Origin: Proteromonas lacertae
Lineage: Eukaryota
Length of the DNA: 64,000 nt
Assembly (NCBI GenBank): GCA_002245135.1
Contig: NGBS01000589.1
Location: forward strand, 62,001-126,000
Direction: 5' to 3'
This document shows, one piece after another, positions 13,766-26,200 of this stretch (the stretch's first letter is position 1; each line of letters opens with the position of its first letter). Position numbers and translations under genes: made by a program. The notes under the pieces are model-generated. The model was given only the letters and a program-made list of their open reading frames with translations. It had not been told where the DNA came from and did not search any database.

Positions 13766-15373
13766 ATGTTGAAACTATTTAAGCATAAAATAGGTAATTT
13801 TATTCCTATATTTGGAGGAATGTGCTTGCATACTTTAGATATTGGCGAAAGTGCAGTATTGATTAACTTTATAGTAGTATACTATTATAATGTTTTATAA
13901 AATAGTATTTTGGATGTTTTGTAATATATGTGTCAGTAGTATTAAACGAAGTGTGGTATGTTTATGAGTTACATAAATATATAGGGAATTTGCATCTCCA
14001 GCTTATGTGATTTTTACAATATTAATATACTTAATGTATAATAGTTGTTTTAAATAGAATAGTGTTTTATATTCAATTTGTGCCACTACCTTTTACGAGC
14101 CTGGTATAGTTCCACCCAATACAACTGAATCAGAATCAAATTTAGCAGATGAAGACAATGAAAAGAAATCAATTAGACACTCTGCCTCAGCAGAATTTAT
14201 TAAACTAAAAGTTGATATTCGTTATAACAGATTAAAGAGTTTACAAGAAGAATTAGCTGAAAGTAAAGAACATGTATTCTATTATTCTATATTATTATTA
14301 GTTATTTGATGTAGATGGAGAAGGTAGATCTTTACTTCATATTGCAGTGTTGGATAATAAAACGGATGTATTCTTTATATTTAATATTTCTATTTTCATA
14401 GTGTGGTCAAATATTAATAGAAAATGGTTTATTTCCAAATGCAATAGATTATTATAATCTAAATCCTTTACATTATTCATCTGTCAATAGAGTATAATTA
14501 TATAGAATATACTATGAAAAAAATAGAATTCTGATACATTTACTGATTTATTGAAAATCTGCAGGAATTTAAACATTAATAAAGATGAATTTCTAATTGA
14601 TATATATACAAAAACAGATGAAGTATATATATAATTATTATTATTATAAATAGGAAATAAGAACATGTTATATCAATGATGTAATTTCAATTCTTGGACC
14701 TGATCAAAAAGATTTAAACTATAAAGAACTAGTTACATATCACTCACTTCCACCAAAAAATGATTTACATAAAAGATTAGCGATATTATATAATGGAGAA
14801 ATAAGACTTATTGAATCATGTAAAGTGTGTAAAATATATCCACCACCAAGATCACATCATTGCTCAATATGTAATGTGTATATATTATATTATATTATAT
14901 TATATTTAGTTGTATAATGAAGTTTGACCATCATTGTCCATGGATGGGAAATTGTATCGGACTTAGAAATTATCGATTTTTTGTGAGTTTTCTTATCTTT
15001 ACCATTGTTTTGTCGTTGTTCTTATTTGCTCAGTTTATACATACATTTCTAGAGAAATATAATTATTATAAATCTTCCTCTGTATATTATTATTATTATT
15101 ATTATATTTATGTATATATTATAGAATAATCAGAATGCACTTACTAGCACTTTAAATGATTTAATTCCTTTTATTGTTATTGTGGTGATATTTATTCTAT
15201 TAGATTTGATGTTGTCAAATTTAGTTTATTTTCATTGTATGTTTGTAATACAGAATAAAACAACGTATGAATATTTTCAGGCAAGACAAGAGTCATTTTC
15301 GATAGGAATATGGAGGAATATAAAAACAACATTATTTTCTCCTTTACCTAAATCTAAAGTTTTGTTTCATTAA
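13766..15373 (+). CDS. DHHC palmitoyltransferase with internal ankyrin repeats
   Basis: [18 protein letters not shown]...[21 protein letters not shown] and the NKTTYE motif. EPG motif after TM2. Ankyrin-like [12 protein letters not shown] and [13 protein letters not shown]. Confidence 0.88.
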
Positions 15374-15529
15374 CTATGTATTTAATATTTTCATTTCTCA
15401 TTTTTATATCATTTTGTTTCTAAGAATTAGTCAATCAGAATTTAAAAAACCAGTTTAGTCTAATTTATGTATATTAATCATTCAAATGAAAAAATAAATC
15501 GAACAACGACAATAAAAGATAAAGATTGA

Positions 15530-16548
15530 TTAAATTAACAACAAAAATGTTAAAATTATAAATAACAGCATTGTAGATATACCATAACTATACACATCAG
15601 AACAAGTTTTATTAATTCCTCCAAATGATTTGTCAACTAAACAAATATACGTATTCATCGCATGTTTATGCATATCCAATCTTTCAGATACAGTAATATA
15701 TGTAATTATTGAATATGTGTTATTTGGAACCACTATATTCTCTTTTTTATTCCAAATATGGTGAATACCTATTGGAATTGATACTGCTTTGGATGCTTTC
15801 ACTTCACTTTTCAATTTTGGAGTTGTTACTTCAGCAAATCGAATTATTCCTGGTACTGGATCATCCCATTGTTCAAAACAGTGAATATTATTTGTATAGT
15901 CTAAATATCTTTGACGAATTTCTTCAGTTGTACAAACTGGAGCAGCAAAGGATATTACTTTACTTTTATCTTTATATTTACATATATTATTCTCACAATA
16001 ATTAATATATCGTAAATATGATAAAAGTGCAGATGTACCTCCTGAACTATGGCCTGTAAATATGATATTCTTTGCATTTGATTTTTCAATCAAATCTAAA
16101 ATACTGTTTTCTTTTGGCTTTCCATTTGTGTTTATATCTATTCCGAAATCTTTACCTGAACGTTCATAGAAGCCTCTGTGAATTTTTCCATTCCCACTTC
16201 CAAATGGTTCTACTTTTTCAATATTTATATCTTCATAAATGTCAACAACACTATATGTTCCTCTGTAACTAATCCATAATGTGTCATTTACTATTGTCGC
16301 ATAAGTCTTTGAAGGCTGGAAATATACCCCTACAGGGTATATTCTACTAATTACTTCCTATAAACATTATATTCTCTCATATACCAATTTATAAACTGAT
16401 TTAGACAAATTTGCTGATAATATCATTTCTGATTTCTTTTAAAATGATAGATTATAATAAATACAGTTGGAAAAAGTAAAGGATCAACATAAAATGATTG
16501 AGAAGGAACTGAATATACGAACAAACTAAATGTAAGGATAAATAGCAT
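15530..16548 (-). CDS. Class 3 lipase with signal peptide and hydrophobic C-terminal tail (possibly GPI-anchored)
   Basis: IIFTGHSSGG nucleophile elbow, RGT, FAAP and DPVP motifs. N-terminus MLFILTFSLFVYS; C-terminus MLLFIILTFLLLI. Confidence 0.88.
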
Positions 16549-16736
16549 GTTACATAAGAATTAAAACAATAAAAACACAAAAACCGAAATACACTTGTAT
16601 TTTATGTATTATTTTTCAAAAAACAAATTCTAATAAAAAGGAATAAGATTATATATAAAAAGGGAATAAATTAAAGAGATATCATTGATAATAACAGAAT
16701 TAAAAACATTTACATCAATTAAAGAAAAATATCAAT

Positions 16737-17792
16737 TCACACTTCAAAAAAAGATATATAACCACAAATATTAGCTACAAAAGCACTATCAGCACCACAT
16801 TCTCCCTCAAATCCATTATATTCTGTCTCAACTAAACATTGATATTTATTCATTGAATGACTTCCTAAAGCTAAATCACTAGATACTGCTATATATGTAA
16901 TTATTGAATAAATATTATTTGGAACCACTATATTCTTGTTCTTATCCCAAATATGGTGGACTCCTATTGGAATTGATACTGCTTTGGATGCATTATATTG
17001 TTTACTACTTTTATCTATAACTATTTTATTATTATTCATTAAGTTAATAGAATTATTTGGTTTCAATCCAAATATCTCAGCTAATCGTACAATTCCTGGT
17101 ACTGGATCATCCCATTGTTCAAAACAGTGAATATTATTTGTATAGTCTAAATATCTTTGACGAATTTCTTCAGTTGTACAAACTGGAGCAGCAAAGGATA
17201 TTACTTTACTTTTATCTTTATATTTACATATATTATTCTCACAATAATTAATATATCGTAAATATGATAATACACATGTTGATCCACCTAAACTATGACC
17301 TGTAAATATGATATTCTTTGCATTTGATTTTTCAATCAAATCTAAAATACTGTTTTCTTTTGGTTTACCCTTTTCATCAATACTTATACCAAATTCTTGT
17401 GATGATCTGTAAAAGAATCCTTTATGGATTTTACCATTTCCACTTCCAAATGGTTCTACTTTTTCTATTGTGATATCTGTAAAGATGTCTAGTTGATTCC
17501 ATGTTCCTCTGTAAACTATCCATAATGTGTCACCTACTTGACCTACAAAACATCTTGGTCCATAATAGTAAGTTCCTTTGTAATAACTAAGAATATCTTC
17601 CTATATTAACATAATGTATGAGTGTATACAGCTATATAAACAGAATTTGACATATTAGCAGCTATTATCATCTCTTCACTCTAAATAGTGTAATAATTAT
17701 GAAAATACGGTTGGAAATAAGTTTCTGTCTATCACAACTGTTTGTGCTGCAATTACTTCAAGAGATAGTATTAATATAACCACTTTTAGCAT
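16737..17792 (-). CDS. Class 3 lipase, tandem paralogue
   Basis: IIFTGHSLGG, IVYRGT, KIHKGF and DPVP motifs. Signal peptide MLKVVILILSLEVIAA. Confidence 0.88.
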
Positions 17793-17933
17793 CTCTTAGG
17801 TAAAAATAAAAACAAAAACTATAATACACTTTCAATACAAAATAATACATGTATTAAAAGTTTGATAAGACAAGCCAAACTAAAGCATTTTTGCTTTTTC
17901 TTTCTCTATTAGTCCAAATATAATTATTTAAAA

Positions 17934-18265
17934 ATGTCTACCAACCGTGCACAAAGGAGTATGATACAACCCATATTCCTAATTTTTAATTTCTTACAAA
18001 AGGTATAATTATAGCTTTATATTTGTGAATAGCAAACTAGAATTCAAATATGGTTATACGAACAGACAAATACTAGAATAGAAGGAATTATAAGAGTATA
18101 GTTTTGAGTTGTTATACTTTTTCGTAGGGATTTGATGAATATATGAATATTGTGTTGGATAATGCATGTGAAATAGATATTAAAAAGAAAACAAAAAAAG
18201 ATTTAGGTTTAATTATGTTGAAAGGAGATAATGTCTCAGTTATAATGAAAGCTCAAAGCTCATAA
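17934..18265 (+). CDS. SNRPE: Small nuclear ribonucleoprotein Sm E
   Basis: Spliced translation [48 protein letters not shown]...IMLKGDN. Missed by the ORF track. Confidence 0.95.
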
Positions 18266-18387
18266 ATTTTTTTTGTTTATATTATTTTATATATATAATT
18301 TTGGTTGTTTAAATCTCAATAATACACAAAAATTATAATAATTACACAGAAAGAAAAAGATAAATTAGTTTGTATTATATTCAATAA

Positions 18388-18883
18388 CTAAAGACCTATA
18401 CCATATACAGTAACAATCACTTGCATTGGTCGAACTTGATCTTTATGCTTATCATTTGGCCATTTCACAGAAGTAAAATCTATAAGAAGTAATTACAAAT
18501 AAATAATACCATCTGTAACTGTATTCCAATAGGAGGCAGTAGCTGAATGTAGACCAGCACCATTCTTCTGCATTATTATACAACTGACTAATAATTATAA
18601 TCGATTTAAAAGTATTTCAATACCAATATATTTAAATGGTTTTTTCAAAGCCGTTAAGCCTTCCATACAGTGTTCACATATAGTATCTATCCATTGACCT
18701 AATTTTGCATCATTCCATTGCTCTTCTTTGCCAAGAACATGATTAATAGACTATTCATATTATCAATAACTCAATACAGTAGTAATAATTCCATTAACCT
18801 CTTCTACAACAAACGCACTCTAATATAAAATAATCTAATATTTTAAAAAATACCTCTTCTGTTGATTGGAGATCATCAGCCAT
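18388..18883 (-). CDS. DYNLT1: Dynein light chain, Tctex-1 type
   Basis: Spliced translation ...LKKPFKYI|...[22 protein letters not shown]|...[10 protein letters not shown]...[12 protein letters not shown]. Missed by the ORF track. Confidence 0.93.
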
Positions 18884-18988
18884 TACAAAATTTGATTTAA
18901 AAACAAAAAACGATCTAACTCAAGCCTACAGTTTGTTCAAATTAAAATATAAACATCATCAATAAAAACATATAGAGATGTAATTAAT

Positions 18989-20252
18989 TTATTGTTTTGT
19001 ATTATCATTATTATTACTATTATTTTTCTCCTGATTTTCCTCTTTATTATCCAAACCAACTAAATCATTTGCAGAAACAGGAACTCCTGTAGCTTCAACA
19101 TTTTCAAATGCTATAAATAATATAAAACTATAAATATCATACATATGTATGTATCTGGTAAGCATTTCTTCATATCTTTCTGTAATTTCATCCATTTCTC
19201 TTGATCTTCTTTAGTCTTAGCTCTTTCAAACCCAGTATCTAATATATATAAAAGTAGTCGATATATCTATATACTATTCAAATACAATTGTCCCAAATGA
19301 AAACATGTAATTAATCCATATTTCAATTTGTCAATCCCTCTCAAACCTAATCTGTTATTATTCAATGAAATCCATTCAAATTCATGTCTCGAGTTACTAA
19401 ATGCGTCCCATAGTAAAGTACATCCTTCTCTTGTTATATTATTTCCATCCAAAGTCAATTCTTTCATACTTGAAAATACAGATTTGATTAAATCACAGAT
19501 TACTTTTAGTCCTTCATTTCCCAAGTTACAATCTATGTAATAATCATTATAATGATATAAATACAACCAATATGAATTCCTAATAATGGTTTTCTTGCTG
19601 TTTTAAATGCTTCAAAAACTGGAGTTAATAAGTGAATATCTAATCCACAATCTATATATATACATATATATAATAATAAATATACTGGTTAAATTGATGG
19701 TATTAACTTGGCATGATTCCATTTTTAAATAATCTATTAAATAAGCTACTGATATTCTATTCAATGAGTTTCCTTCTAAATTCAAACGAATTAAATTTGG
19801 GAATTTGTAGGGAAGGCACTTCACCAGAAAGTGTTTTTTCAATAATTCTGTCCATCTTAACTTCACATATAATTTCATTGATACAATATGCTCAAAGTTT
19901 ATTTCATAAAACCCTTTTATAAATAATTTACATAATTCTAAAGAAATATTCAGATCAAGAGCTTGAATTGCATTATTATTACCTGAATCACGTATAAATT
20001 GCTCGAATGGTGACACTCCTACAACTCCTTCAGAATTAAATGTTGCAGCTATTATTTTCATACTTCAAAATATACTATTATATGCAGTAGCCGGTTGTGG
20101 TACTATTTAATATTCATAAATATGTATATACCAGGAATTAATGAAGCTTTCACATAATCTATTTCTTGTTGGACATTTTCACTGTTAAGAGAAGCATCTT
20201 CAACTATTTCTGTTGATAAATTAGGATTATTTGACAGTATTTCTTCATTCAT
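18989..20252 (-). CDS. Leucine-rich repeat protein (RNI-like)
   Basis: LRR motifs LIRLNLEGNSL, CNLGNEGLKVI, LTLDGNNITREG and ISLNNNRLG across spliced exons. Confidence 0.75.
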
Positions 20253-20725
20253 TACAAAGATCCAACGACTAAATATTTTATAACTCTCAAACAGGTTTGA
20301 AATTTATTTTCTTTCGAAAACCTCATTGGAACTATAATTTTCTCAAAAGTACATCTCTGTTCTCAAATATTCAACATATAATTGTGATAATGATAATTTG
20401 ATAGAATATATTAACAGTTCTTTAATAGTTTAAATAACATTGGCAATATCATTACAAATGTAAAGATAATTTTAAGATATGATTTATAATTTATTAATTG
20501 ACTATAAATACTTGCTACTGAAGCAGAACTAGCTGAATTTATTACTTTCATTACTATATTCTATTTAAAAATATCTTCATACATGTAGGATTTTGAATGT
20601 GAAATTCTTTATATTTACTACTCTTATAGTTCATTAGAAAAGTAGATTTTAAATAGATTCTGGTTCAAAAACTTTGAAAAGAATTTTCGTAAACCCATTT
20701 TGAAAAAGAAAAGAAAAAGAATGAA

Positions 20726-22542
20726 TTAATTCATTTTGTTTAATTCTTCTGATAATTTGTTTATTTCTTCTTTCTCTTCATCATCATTTCTTTGACTATC
20801 TACATATTTGAGTGATTTTTCTAAATATTCTTTACTCTTTTCTTTTTCTTTCTATTTATATCATATATCAATTATCAAATAATACAATTTGAAGATAATA
20901 TTTTCCCATTACTTTATTATACCAATATTTTGTATTATCATTACATAATTCTTCTTTTATTTCATTCAAATATGAAATTGTCTTTTCTTTTTCTCCTATT
21001 TCCAAATAACTTGCTGCTATATTTGACATTACTAGATATTTATCTTTTTCATCTTCTAAATAACCTAATGCAATATTATAATATTCCAATGCTTTTTCAT
21101 ATTCTTTCTATTAATAGAAATATCATCATAATTATACTAAATAATAATGACAACAACCTATTCCATTATTATTACATCCTTTTCTTTCATTTGATGATGA
21201 ATATTCTAATGCTGTTTTAAAATATGGAATTGCTGACTCATATTCTTTCTATTTCTATTATATTCATCATTAATACTAAATAAAAACAACACCAACCAAT
21301 CATTCTATTATTGCATTCTTTTTCTTCATCTTTTGATGAATATTCTAACGTTGTTTTAAAATATGGAATTGCTGACTCATATTCTTTCTATTTCATTTTA
21401 TTATCATAATTATACTAAATTATAATAACAACAACCAATCATTCTATTGTTGTATTCTACATCTTCATTAAATGAGCAATATAATAGAGAACTTTCATAG
21501 TATGGAATTGATTGTTTATATTCTTTCTAGTCAGCATAATCATTTCAATCTATACTAAATCATAATAACAGTTTCCAATCATTCTATTAGAATATTTAAA
21601 ATATTCAATTGATGAACAATATTCCAATGCTGTTCTAAAGTATGGAATTGCTTCTTCATAATGTTTCTAATATATATAATCACTATATTTATACTGATTC
21701 ATTATAACAATTTCCTATCATTCTATTATTCTCTTCTTTTTCTTCATCTTTTGATGAATATTCTAACGTTGTTTTAAAATATGGAATTGCTGACTCATAT
21801 TCTTTCTATTTCATTTTATTATTCTATTTATACTAAATCATAATAACAACAGCCTAATCCATTATTATTCCATCCTTTTCTTTCATTTGATGATGAATAT
21901 TCTAATGCTGTTTTATAATACATAATTCCATCATTATAATGTTTCTATTCAGCATTATAAATATATAAATATAAATACCATTTCATAGTAACAAAGTCCA
22001 ATATTTCCATTATTTATTGATTTTTCTACATCTGATGAATTAAATAATAAAGAAGTCTTGTAATATTGAATTGCTATTCTATATTCTTCCTAATCACAAA
22101 ATAGTATTATTCTTATACTAAATGATGATAACAAACACCTAATTCATTATTATTCCTTCCTTTTCTTTCATTTGATGTAGGGTATTCTAAAGCACTTTTA
22201 TAATATGGAATTGCTTCTCTATATTCTTTCTAATTTATATTATATTCTTCATTAATACTAATTCTTCATAACAACGACCAATCTTTCTATTACTACATTC
22301 TTTATTTTCATTTGATGTAGGGTATTCTAATGATGTTTTAAAATATGCAATTGCTTTCTCATATTCTTTCTATTCATCATAAATTCTATTTTATATACAT
22401 TATCATAATAATAATCTCCTATCATTTTATATACTTTATAAGTCTCTTCACTACTACTTTTGCTTTTCATCTCATTCAATATTTCGTTCAACTTGACCAC
22501 ATCTTTATTCTTCAATAGTTCCTTTATTTCATCTACATTCAT
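20726..22542 (-). CDS. Tetratricopeptide-repeat protein with one 37-aa repeat per exon
   Basis: Repeat consensus K-[EH]-Y-E-x-A-I-P-Y-[FY]-K-T-x-L-E-Y...N-x-x-[IL]-G-x-C-Y-Y. Twelve exons, nine of them exactly 111 nt. Confidence 0.9.
21138..22369 (-). repeat. Tandem array of nine exon+intron units (~140-bp period)
   Basis: 111-nt exons at 22259-22369, 22119-22229, 21979-22089, 21834-21944, 21695-21805, 21556-21666, 21416-21526, 21277-21387 and 21138-21248, separated by 28-34 nt introns. Confidence 0.9.
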
Positions 22543-23141
22543 ATCAGTTCTAATGTTTTTTTGAATTTTTATGTAATTAATTCAAGCCAAGCAGATATTT
22601 TTTCTGTTTTTTTATGTAAATCGATGATTTATATGTAAATACTCATTTTTAGTTTTAATATTGTAATTTTTCATAAATATTCTGTAGATGTTAATAGTAT
22701 TTGTGAGTAAATAGTGAGAGTGTAGTGAAGTAGAGTGTTAATAGAAAGAATAGAATATCTATGAAATATTTATAAATGACACCAAATGATCTATATATAA
22801 TTATATTGATTGATAAGAGATATAAACTACTTTTGTGTTTTAAAGAAGAATTTCTATCAATTTATCTGTATTTATTATGTTATATTATTATACTGGTAAA
22901 GAAAAACACAAATATTATCAAAATATTAGAATATCAATCAGTTATTTATAAATCACATTCATAAGGATCTACTTTCACAGCTTCTTCACTTTCACCATTC
23001 ACACATCTAATTTTCTTATATTTAACATCACAAATCATTTTATATTTTAAAATGCTTACTACATCAAGCGTTATTGTTTAAAAGGATTAAAAAAACATAT
23101 TATGAATATATCTATAATTAATTACTAACTACAAGAAATAA

Positions 23142-24041
23142 TCATTCTTCTTTTGACCTCTTTATTATATTATAACTATAAAACACAATTATCATATCAA
23201 CCACACTTTGAACAATAATCAATGGAATGTGATTTAATATATTCTCACTTCTAAAACCAATTAAAAAACACATTAAATTATTCACTATATGAAGGAAATA
23301 TCCACTCATCAAATTATCATTTATTACTAACATAAAATTTGATATTAAACCAAATAAAAATGCTTCAATCAATTGAAATATTACATAAACATAATCATAT
23401 TCATTATTAAAGAAATTGATTAAATGAAACAAAGAAAAGAAGGTTGAACTCATTAATATGCATTTGTTAATTTCTGTGTATCTATTGTACATAATATGAT
23501 ATATTATCCCTCTAAATATTACTTCTTCTATAAATGGATTGATTAACGATTTTTCTATTACTGTAGTGTTGTTATTAAATAATCTACTTGAGTCTAACTT
23601 GTAGAATAATAAAACGATTATAATTTGATAGATTCCATACCAAACAGAGAAAAAGGATGGTGGTTTTAATCTAATACCAATTTTGTGTGAAAATTCTTTA
23701 ACTGATAAATGAAAGAATGAAGAAGCAATGTATAACAATATATATATTTCTGCTATTTTGATGATTAATACAACTAATAAGTTGTCGATCTATTGGAAAT
23801 ATAACATAAATAACACATACTAAAATAAATCGGATTATGGCAGAAAATAAACTAACAAGAAAGTATATACTTACAATTACTGATGATTCTATTAGACATA
23901 TTGCAATTCCTAATGGGGTATTTGGTTCAATAGTTTAATCAATTAAGTAACTATTGTTTGATATTAAAAAATGATATGTATTTCCTGATCAGTCATAGAT
24001 AATATCCCATTCTGATCTTCACTAATTTTTGATTCATGCAT
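23142..24041 (-). CDS. CPBP/Abi (Rce1-like, type II CAAX) intramembrane metalloprotease
   Basis: PFIEEVIFRG, FSLFH and HIVNN motifs with multiple TM helices. 5' exons are tentative. Confidence 0.85.
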
Positions 24042-24114
24042 ACAAAAACAGCAAAAATAAAATTCCCAAAATTATATTCGTTTCGTAATAACAATTCTTC
24101 GATTTATCAAGAGA

Positions 24115-24406
24115 ATGCCAAAGAAGTCAGACGATTACTACAAACCACTATTTGAAAAATTTATTAAGGATTTTAATAAGACTTATGAAAGCGATGAAGA
24201 AAGAAAGTATCTCTTTTTTGTTCTTTGTGTTATTTCTCAATAGTCACCGTTATGAAGTATTTTGCGAAAATGTAGATAAGATTGATGATATTAATTCCAA
24301 CGAAAAAAACACCTGGACAGCAGGAATCAACAAATTTGCTGATTTAACCTCTGAAGATATGAAGAAGATGGGTTATATTGGAGGTTTATTACCAAAAGAT
24401 ACATAA
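24115..24406 (+). CDS. Stand-alone cathepsin propeptide-like inhibitor (family I29)
   Basis: Spliced ~85 aa: FEKFIKDFNKTYESDEERNHRYEVFCENVDKIDDINS...AGINKFADLTSED (ERFNIN and GNFD motifs). TAA follows with no protease domain. Confidence 0.88.
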
Positions 24407-24493
24407 AGCAAAAATTGATTGAAATATTGAGATTTATTAATTCTTTTATTTCCTAATAATTTTGTTTTGTTGTATAGTAACAAAAATAACAAC

Positions 24494-25302
24494 TTATTTC
24501 ACTTCAACTGAATGATAAATCGTTCCAGTCTTCGTATCAACTAGCTTTATTTTGTATTCCTCAGTTAACTATTGATAATATAATAATAAAGCATACAATT
24601 GTTCTAATATTATCACTTAGTTTAAACAAGTATGTTTTATCACTTGAAGATTTTGCATAAGTTTTAATATCATTCCTTAAAGATATAAACTTCTCAATAA
24701 TTGATTTATTCACTTCATTCTGTAATTTATCACTTTTATTCTCTTCCAAATTAAATCCTAAATTCTTAAAATAATCTTCAACATAAACTTTTATATTCTC
24801 TAACAAATATTTATTCAATGTTTTTGTTTGATGTTCAGTAATGTAATGTTCAGTTAATAATAGCAGTTGTTTGATTTGAGCCAATGAATCAGGTGTATTA
24901 TAATCATTCAATAAACAATTGATAATATTCTCTTGAATACTTTGAAATTTATTCATCAATTCTCTTTCTTCATAATTCCATTTACCATTATCATATTTAA
25001 TATTAATATTTGATAGAATATGATTTATTAATGAAAGTGACTATTTTATAAATAAATATAATAAATATATAATAAATACTCCAATAGTTTTAGTTAAAGA
25101 TATTTGAGATTCAATCATTCTATCATCACTATAATACACTCTTTGATTGTATTTAAATTGCAAACAAAAATATCGAAATACATTCGGTTTATAATTTTTC
25201 AACATTTCTTCAACAGTAATGAAATTCTTTAACGATTTTGACATTTTTTTATTCTTTATATAAACATGACCAATATGAATATATTGATTTACCCATTTAT
25301 AT

Positions 25303-25340
<38 letters not shown>

Positions 25341-26024
25341 AGCTACACATTGAGCATTCTCATTCATATGATGCGGAAATCTCAGATCTTCACCTCCACT
25401 ATGAATGTCTAAATTTTTACCAAATATTGAGTTTGTCATTGTTGAACATTCTATATGCCATCCTGGACGTCCTGGACCGAATGGACTTGCATATAATGGA
25501 CCGAATGAGGGATATTTCCATAACACAAAGTCTTTCGGTGATTTTTTATCTAATTTACAAGAATTCTCTTCATTCATCTCTTCAACATGTTCTTTGAAGT
25601 TTATGTTAAAGATATTGTATTTATCATCACCTAATTTAGATGTATTGAAGTATATTCCACTTGGAGTCTTGTAAGCATACCCATTATCAACAATCTTTTG
25701 AATATACTTAGTTATATCATTCATATGATCAGTCACACGAGTTATTAAAGTTGGAGGAAGTACATTTAGTTGATTTAAGGAATCAAAGAACTCTTTTTCG
25801 TATTTTCTTGATATTTCTTCGATTGGTACTTTTAATTCCATACTTCTTTTGATAATTTTATCATCAATGTCAGTAATACCCATTAAATAAAACACTGACT
25901 TTCTATCATACTTTTCAAGTATTCTTCTAATAATATCTTGACATACATAGGTTCTAGCATGCCCAAGATGTGTATTACTATATACTGTTGGTCCACAGCT
26001 ATACCATTTAATTCTAAACACCAT
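24494..26024 (-). CDS. CARS: Cysteinyl-tRNA synthetase (possibly organellar CARS2-type); start codon uncertain
   Basis: WYSCGPTVY, HLGH, GRPGWHIECS, DIHSGGEDLRFPHH and KMSKS motifs. Confidence 0.93.
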
Positions 26025-26200
26025 TCCACTATCAAAAATCTTTATTAATCAAAATAGTTTGAATGTTGATTTGAATTATTTATCCGTTTCATAATTATTA
26101 AATCTTCATTTTCTCTTGTTTTAGTCACAGTGAAACAAAATAATTACGTAGTCAATATAATATATATTAATTAAAATAGAATTCTAGATTTTTTTCTTAA

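Noticed and set aside
20300..20700. Possible small gene between the LRR and TPR genes
   Set aside because: Only short ORFs are present, with no consistent spliced frame or motif.
21138..22369. Regular ~140-bp periodicity resembling a CRISPR or satellite array
   Set aside because: The units are coding TPR exons plus GT-AG introns, the context is eukaryotic, and there are no cas genes.
23933..23977. Possible AT-AC (U12) intron on the minus strand (ATATCATTT...TTACTTAAT...AC)
   Set aside because: Splicing it gives no open frame, whereas two ordinary GT-AG introns give a continuous CAAX-protease frame.
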